NCBI GenBank assembly: GCA_944390315.1
Contig: CALXPO010000009.1
Coordinates: 10,945-74,944, forward strand
Direction: 5' to 3'
DNA length: 64,000 bases
From: an uncultured Alphaproteobacteria bacterium
GTDB lineage: Bacteria; Pseudomonadota; Alphaproteobacteria; RF32; CAG-239
Below are positions 58,670 through 64,000 of this stretch, one piece after another (the stretch's first letter is position 1; every line of letters starts with the position of its first letter). The notes under the pieces were generated by a model, which made no database searches, had not been told where the DNA came from, and was given only the letters and a program-made list of their open reading frames with translations. A program made the translations under genes and the position numbers.

Positions 58670-59115
58670 TTTTGCTCTAACTCCAGTAAGTATTTTTTTA
58701 TTTTTAATCCTCCGTTATAGCCGATTGGCTTTTGATTGCTGCCGATAACGCGGTGGCATGGAATAAAAATAGGTAAAGGATTTCGATTGCAGGCGTTGCC
58801 AACGGCGCGTACAGCTTTTTCATGTCCAATGTTTTCGGCAATTTGTTTATAAGTTTTGGTTTTGCCGTAATCAATAGCAGATATGGCGTGCCATACTTGT
58901 TGCTGAAAGATTGTTCCGCGTTGTAGCGATAGCATGATATCGAAGTTTTTTCTTGTTCCATTTAAGTATTCTTCCAGTTCTGTTTTGGCTTTTTGTAGAG
59001 CCGACGTAACTTTTTGGCTTGCCGTTTGCCCAAAAGAAAGCTGACAGATATACCCGTTATCTTCATATAGTGTGCAATATCCTATTGGGGTTAAAAAGCA
59101 AAGACAACTTATCAT
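58660..59115 (-). CDS. ogt: Methylated-DNA--protein-cysteine methyltransferase
   Basis: Active-site IPCHRVIG (PCHRV) and helix-turn-helix YGKTKTYKQIAENIGHEKAVRAVGNACNRNP. Confidence 0.85.
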   Translation of the reverse strand: MISCLCFLTPIGYCTLYEDNGYICQLSFGQTASQKVTSALQKAKTELEEYLNGTRKNFDIMLSLQRGTIFQQQVWHAISAIDYGKTKTYKQIAENIGHEKAVRAVGNACNRNPLPIFIPCHRVIGSNQKPIGYNGGLKIKKYLLELEQKCL

Positions 59116-59249
59116 GTAATTTATTCCGATATCAATATCTACATTATTTTACGCTTTTACAAAATTGTCAATTTATAAAAGGAGGGTTGTCTTGAGATAA
59201 ATAGATATTACTTAACAATAAGAATTTTTGTAAAAGGGGAAATATAAAT

Positions 59250-60239
59250 ATGTTTGAAGTTACATTGATTATTCCATTATACAATGGCAGCCGCCATTTG
59301 CGAAGTTGTTTAGATTCCGTAGCTCATCAGACGCTTAAGCAGATGGAGGTATTGTTAATTGATGATGGTTCTACGGATGAAACAGTACAAATTGCACAAC
59401 AATATTGTCGTAAAAACGATTACTGGAGACTGATAAGCCAAAAGAATAGCGGTGTTTCTGCGGCTCGCAATCACGGACTTGCAGAGGCACAATCCCTTTA
59501 TGTCGCATTTTTGGATCAAGATGATGTTTTACATCCGCAAGCAATGGAATTTCTATACAAAATGATAACAACTTATCAGACAGATGCAGCTGCTTTTGAA
59601 ATCGAATTTGTCGCGGACAATTTCACGATTGAGGAAAAACCAAAATTGTATAATATTGAAAGTGAAATAGATAAAGCGCAATTGATTGATTATCCAATGA
59701 AAAAATTCTTTAAGAATAAAAAAGGAGATAAAATTTATGTGTGGAATAAACTATATAAGAAACAAGCAATATCTCATATTGAATTTCCTTTATCTGTACA
59801 GCCGGCGGAAGATACCGTTTTTACACTCAAAACCATGCTGACGATTAAAAATATGGTTTGCAGCGATAAAAAACTTCTCTATTATCGGCAAAATGATAAT
59901 TCCGTAAGCAAACAAGGAATTACAAAAAATTATATTTATTCACATGCTGTGGCAGCCGAAGAAATGAGAAAGTTTTTTGCCTCATATAAAAATGATGTAT
60001 GGCTCAATGCCCATTTACGTTTTTATTTGACAAATTTTATTTTTAAGGCTTTGATATCTCGTCCTCTGAGATTAATTTCAGGGAATAACAGAGAAGAATT
60101 ACTTAATTATGCCAGAAAATATGCATTTGAATTCTATGTTCAAGAAGCACTGATGCCAAATTTGCTTGGATTTAGAAAAGAGATGGCGTGCCGATTGTTT
60201 TTTAAGAAACATGAAAGGCTGGCAAGATTTTTACTATAG
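59250..60239 (+). CDS. Glycosyltransferase family 2
   Basis: VTLIIPLYNGSRHLRSCLDSVAHQTLKQMEVLLIDDGSTDET and FLDQDDV (DxD). Confidence 0.8.
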   Translation: MFEVTLIIPLYNGSRHLRSCLDSVAHQTLKQMEVLLIDDGSTDETVQIAQQYCRKNDYWRLISQKNSGVSAARNHGLAEAQSLYVAFLDQDDVLHPQAMEFLYKMITTYQTDAAAFEIEFVADNFTIEEKPKLYNIESEIDKAQLIDYPMKKFFKNKKGDKIYVWNKLYKKQAISHIEFPLSVQPAEDTVFTLKTMLTIKNMVCSDKKLLYYRQNDNSVSKQGITKNYIYSHAVAAEEMRKFFASYKNDVWLNAHLRFYLTNFIFKALISRPLRLISGNNREELLNYARKYAFEFYVQEALMPNLLGFRKEMACRLFFKKHERLARFLL

Positions 60240-60248
60240 GAGATTATC

Positions 60249-60797
60249 GTGAAGCTGGTTATTATTCGTCACGGACAAACCGATGGAAATTTACAAGGAA
60301 TTTTACAAGGAGCCAGTATAAATTTACCTCTAAACGAAACAGGGCGCGAACAAGCAAAACTTGCGGCAGATAACCTAGAGAAGTTTAAGTTTCCGATTAT
60401 ATATTGCTCAAAATTAACAAGAGCGAAACAAACGGCGGAAATTATAGCTGAAAAATTACATTGTTCGGTACAACCTGTTGATGGATTGGAAGAAGTGCAT
60501 TTTGGGGATGCCGAAGGTATGTTTGTAGAAGATGCACATGAAAAATATGCCGATATTTTTAATCTGATAAACGATGAAACAAATCCGGAACGTTATACGG
60601 TCTCAATTCCTAACGGTGAAACAATAAAGCAATGTGTAGCCAGAGGAGTTAAAACATTGCAAGATATCTCGTCAAGCTGTCCTTATGAAGTAGCAGGAGT
60701 TGTGACGCACGGAGCCTTAATGTATAATTTGTATCAGCATTTTTTTGGCGAATCCAGACGCTTTCATAATTGTGATTTTTTTGAGATTGAAATATAA
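60249..60797 (+). CDS. Histidine phosphatase family protein (phosphoglycerate mutase-like)
   Basis: KLVIIRHGQTDGN (RHG catalytic motif) at the N-terminus. GTG start. Confidence 0.75.
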   Translation: MKLVIIRHGQTDGNLQGILQGASINLPLNETGREQAKLAADNLEKFKFPIIYCSKLTRAKQTAEIIAEKLHCSVQPVDGLEEVHFGDAEGMFVEDAHEKYADIFNLINDETNPERYTVSIPNGETIKQCVARGVKTLQDISSSCPYEVAGVVTHGALMYNLYQHFFGESRRFHNCDFFEIEI

Positions 60798-60807
60798 TTT
60801 ATAGTAA

Positions 60808-60838
60808 ATTTAATCCCCGTCTTTTAGGACGGGGATTA
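60808..60838. terminator. Bidirectional rho-independent terminator
   Basis: ttaatccccgtcttttaggacggggattaa: 9-bp stem. Between the convergent phosphatase and autotransporter genes. Confidence 0.75.
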
Positions 60839-60844
60839 AACAAA

Positions 60845-63800
60845 TCAGAAAGCGTAGTTCAAACCGACACCAAAGGTCGTCGCGTCATAGTCGCTGCCAA
60901 AGGTATAGTTCGCCCAACCATAGGCCGATAATACAGAACTTATACCATAACGACCGCCTATCTCTACTCGACCTAACGTCTCGTCATCCAAACTCTCAAC
61001 CTTACCTAATCCGCTGATACTTACTTCTCCGCCATCGGTTATCGTTTGCACAACACTCGGTTTGATATAAACATTTGCATAACCATTGTCATACCAAAAG
61101 CCTTTGGTTAATTTGATACCTGCTTCAATTTCTATTTGACGAATATTATCATATTCTGCCTTCTTACCGACATTGTCTTTTGCATCGTCATAGTTAATTT
61201 GGACATAATAGATACCTAGGCTCGGAGTTATATATAAATCACCCTGTAAAGCATAGTCATATCCGACTTCCGCACTGCCGCCGAACTCTATACCGTCCGT
61301 GTCCGATTTTACACCGTCTTTCGTCTTGAGATCGGCTTCCTGCATACCGCCGTAGACTGTCGCAAAGCCATACCAATTGTTCTTATCATAACGATAGTAT
61401 AAACCTGCTACATAGCTGTCTATGCCTATCTCCGAACCTATATCCGAACGATAATGTTTGCCGGCCCCGCTCATATCATACTCTCCGTTACGATACGAGA
61501 CAAACAAGCCTAAACGATTGTTGACATCATATTGCAAATCACCGCCGGCCTCAACACCCCAAATATCCGTATCAACATCAAAATATGAATCCGAACTCGA
61601 TTTATAATAGGTCGGATTAATCCAAACATTTTCATAGGATTCACCATTCCAATGACTATCAACAAAGCTGCAGGAACGAGTATAATAACGATTATTTTTG
61701 ATTTGATTGCCTACATTATCTACCATATTGCGGGTTTGTTCTATTCCCGCTATCGGCAAAGCACCAAAGGCTATAACTTCAGGAGCTACATTCGTTGACG
61801 GCACATCAGGTATTTCAGGATCATCAGGTATTACCGGTTCATCCGGTACTTCCGGCTCACTATCAGAATCCGGATTAACCATGTCATTCATAACCAATGA
61901 CCATTCTTTGTTTGTCTCATCCGCACTATAACTTACATCAAACAGATATGGACTCTTATAAACACGCCATACCTTGAATGAATCCGAATTTCCCGTTGTA
62001 TCATTTGTAGATTGTGCAAACAAAATACTTTCACCGCGAATGTCTTTTTCCGAGTTAGCATATACCAATAAATTTGTTTGCCCCTCTACATTGCCGTTAA
62101 CATTCAAAACATCGGCTGTCAAATTTTCAACATCTACATCTATATGCAGATAACCATTATCCGACTTCCAACCTGCCAGTCTGACTTCATCTTTATAGTC
62201 ATTGTACAAATCAAACGCCGCATTCGTTAAAGTCATTTTTGTGACCGGTTCACTTGTAGAAATAATTTCCCCTTTGCCATAGGGACCCGTTCCTAAAACT
62301 AATGTGTTTGATGAAACATAAATACTTCCTGCATTGGCAATGCTATTATTCAATTTGACATACTGAGGAGTTTTTAGCGTTTCATCATCAATATCCTTAT
62401 CCCCGTATATACCTAGGCTATAACCACTCTCACCATCAATACCGTCATTTACTAATATAATTCCGTTATTGCTCGTCGTCAGTACAAGATCATTAGCATC
62501 TCCGCTTCCAGATGTGTTTATTGTTACGTCCCAATCTACATTCTTGCCACTAAAGCCTGGAAAAATATCATCCTCAAAAGAGGCCATTCCAGTTTTATTC
62601 AAAACATAAAAAGCATTATGTTCTCCATTTGCCGTATTACCGTCTATTATAGATGTGTAATTATCTGCCGTAATCTTAATACCACTGCCATAGAAAGCGC
62701 CACCTAACGCATCTCCGTTCGCGGCTTGAACATAATTGTTGCGAAATGACGAATTATAAAAATTTAACTGACCTTGGGTTTCAATTGTTGGTGTAATTTC
62801 CGTTATATAGGTTGCATTATTTATCATTTCTTGCGTGGCAACAACATTATTTCGGATATTTGTTAATGCTTTTTCTTGGTCCGCTTCCGATTGCTGATAA
62901 AATTGTGATAAATACTCTTGTCTATCTTCCTCATTTATAGCTCCTGCTTTTATCATCAAATCTATATAATCTTCCGCAGTGATATTATCCGGAGATAATT
63001 CCAGCAAATAAGCATAAATTGAATAAGTTTTATATTGATTAAAATCCCTTTCATTATCAACCGTCATCGTTCCTGATACAATTTGCATATTTTCCGAAGA
63101 AGTTCCCCCTTGAGGAATATACAACTCCATTTCTTGATCACCATATTTCAGATTAATATGATACATCAGATTATTAGAAAACTCCGGAGCTTGAATCTTT
63201 ATATTGGCATCATTATAAACAGCTCCACCATAAGCATCTCCTTGATCACTGATTGCATAATTACCAAGGAAATTGCCCGTAATACTTCCAATTTGACCAT
63301 TATTATATATGGCACCGCCAATTGAAACTGCATCTACACTTTGAGCATAATTACCTATAAAATCACCCGTTATAGCTTCAATTTTTGCATGGGTATAACT
63401 GTTCGTGTCTAAATAATTGTATATTGCTCCACCATATGCGGAACCTTTAATTTGACTGTTATATACGTAATTCTGTATAAAATCACCATTTATGTTTTTT
63501 ATAGTTACATCATTCTCATTAACTATTGCTCCGCCAGATATATAAGAAGATCCCTCACCTCCATGCTCAGCTATGACATAGTTACCTTCAAAATTACCGG
63601 TAATGTTGCCGATTGTGCCTACTATATTAAAAATAGCTCCTCCATGAGCATCTCCGGATGAATAAATCGTATTAACATCCGCATGTGCATAGTTTCCTAT
63701 AAAATCACCTATAATATCACCAATCTCACCATTGTTATATATTGCACCTCCAGTTGAAACTGCGTCTACACTTTGAGTATAATTTTCTATAAAATCACCA

Positions 63801-64000
63801 ATAATAGATTTAATTGATGAACCGCTATTAATAATTGCGCCTCCTTTTGCCTCAACTTTTCCAACGGCATAATTACCTATAAAATTCCCTTGAATATTAC
63901 CAATATAACTTCCGCTGTCAAAATTAGAAATTGCCCCGCCGTAAGAAGAACCCAAAGTACTTCCCGCATAATTGCCTATAAAATGACTGTTTAAAATGCT
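60845..64000 (-). CDS. Autotransporter (type Va) with Pmp-like GGAI/FxxN repeat passenger (N-terminal part lies beyond the window end)
   Basis: C-terminal ~280 aa beta-barrel ending …GVGLNYAF. Pro-rich linker PEVPDEPVIPDDPEIPDVP. Passenger built of about 45-aa repeats, each with GGAIYN/GGAIFN/GGAVYN and GNFIGNYA/GDFIGNYA (FxxN) motifs. Frame is open to the window edge. Confidence 0.75.
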   Translation of the reverse strand, partial: SILNSHFIGNYAGSTLGSSYGGAISNFDSGSYIGNIQGNFIGNYAVGKVEAKGGAIINSGSSIKSIIGDFIENYTQSVDAVSTGGAIYNNGEIGDIIGDFIGNYAHADVNTIYSSGDAHGGAIFNIVGTIGNITGNFEGNYVIAEHGGEGSSYISGGAIVNENDVTIKNINGDFIQNYVYNSQIKGSAYGGAIYNYLDTNSYTHAKIEAITGDFIGNYAQSVDAVSIGGAIYNNGQIGSITGNFLGNYAISDQGDAYGGAVYNDANIKIQAPEFSNNLMYHINLKYGDQEMELYIPQGGTSSENMQIVSGTMTVDNERDFNQYKTYSIYAYLLELSPDNITAEDYIDLMIKAGAINEEDRQEYLSQFYQQSEADQEKALTNIRNNVVATQEMINNATYITEITPTIETQGQLNFYNSSFRNNYVQAANGDALGGAFYGSGIKITADNYTSIIDGNTANGEHNAFYVLNKTGMASFEDDIFPGFSGKNVDWDVTINTSGSGDANDLVLTTSNNGIILVNDGIDGESGYSLGIYGDKDIDDETLKTPQYVKLNNSIANAGSIYVSSNTLVLGTGPYGKGEIISTSEPVTKMTLTNAAFDLYNDYKDEVRLAGWKSDNGYLHIDVDVENLTADVLNVNGNVEGQTNLLVYANSEKDIRGESILFAQSTNDTTGNSDSFKVWRVYKSPYLFDVSYSADETNKEWSLVMNDMVNPDSDSEPEVPDEPVIPDDPEIPDVPSTNVAPEVIAFGALPIAGIEQTRNMVDNVGNQIKNNRYYTRSCSFVDSHWNGESYENVWINPTYYKSSSDSYFDVDTDIWGVEAGGDLQYDVNNRLGLFVSYRNGEYDMSGAGKHYRSDIGSEIGIDSYVAGLYYRYDKNNWYGFATVYGGMQEADLKTKDGVKSDTDGIEFGGSAEVGYDYALQGDLYITPSLGIYYVQINYDDAKDNVGKKAEYDNIRQIEIEAGIKLTKGFWYDNGYANVYIKPSVVQTITDGGEVSISGLGKVESLDDETLGRVEIGGRYGISSVLSAYGWANYTFGSDYDATTFGVGLNYAF

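Noticed and set aside
1-64000. CRISPR arrays, transposases/IS elements, integrases, restriction-modification or toxin-antitoxin genes
   Set aside because: Scanned for regularly spaced direct repeats, DDE/tyrosine-recombinase/serine-recombinase motifs and methyltransferase motifs. None found. The tRNA-Pro-adjacent islet hypothesis therefore lacks a recombinase or a recognisable att repeat.

Overview
The window reads as a chromosomal region from a low-GC (roughly 38-40% by eye) alphaproteobacterium. Supporting this are the tolC-DUF2497-valS arrangement, an alphaproteobacterial-looking ValS N-terminus, and a single-chain DnaE. Housekeeping genes (trpS, serS, dnaE, valS, glgP, pepF, ogt, a Y-family polymerase, tRNA-Pro) are interleaved with accessory content. 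The accessory content includes: a complete TetR-HlyD-ABC(2xATPase)-ABC2-ABC2 exporter operon matching E. coli cecR-ybhGFSR; glycosyltransferases (GT2, GT8) and a MATE exporter; a TolC and a second OMF-type lipoprotein fused to a cadherin-like Ig domain; an orphan VirB8-like gene; a fused Memo-AMMECR1 protein with no radical SAM partner; a DUF2157-like/GDYXXLXY-like/LemA membrane cluster; a signal-peptide ankyrin-repeat protein plus a Cys-rich secreted protein immediately beside tRNA-Pro; and a Pmp-like (GGAI/FxxN repeat) autotransporter. The most unusual locus is 13.8-19.7 kb. A near-perfect sigma70 promoter drives a single 1253-aa gene for a coiled-coil/His-Cys-module/LRR-like protein that ends at a bidirectional terminator. 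Converging on it is a four-gene operon of small polytopic membrane proteins, including a tandem-duplicated, 1-nt-overlapping paralog pair. I found no CRISPR array, transposase, integrase or restriction-modification genes. All family assignments come from motif recognition by eye and need HMM or BLAST confirmation.
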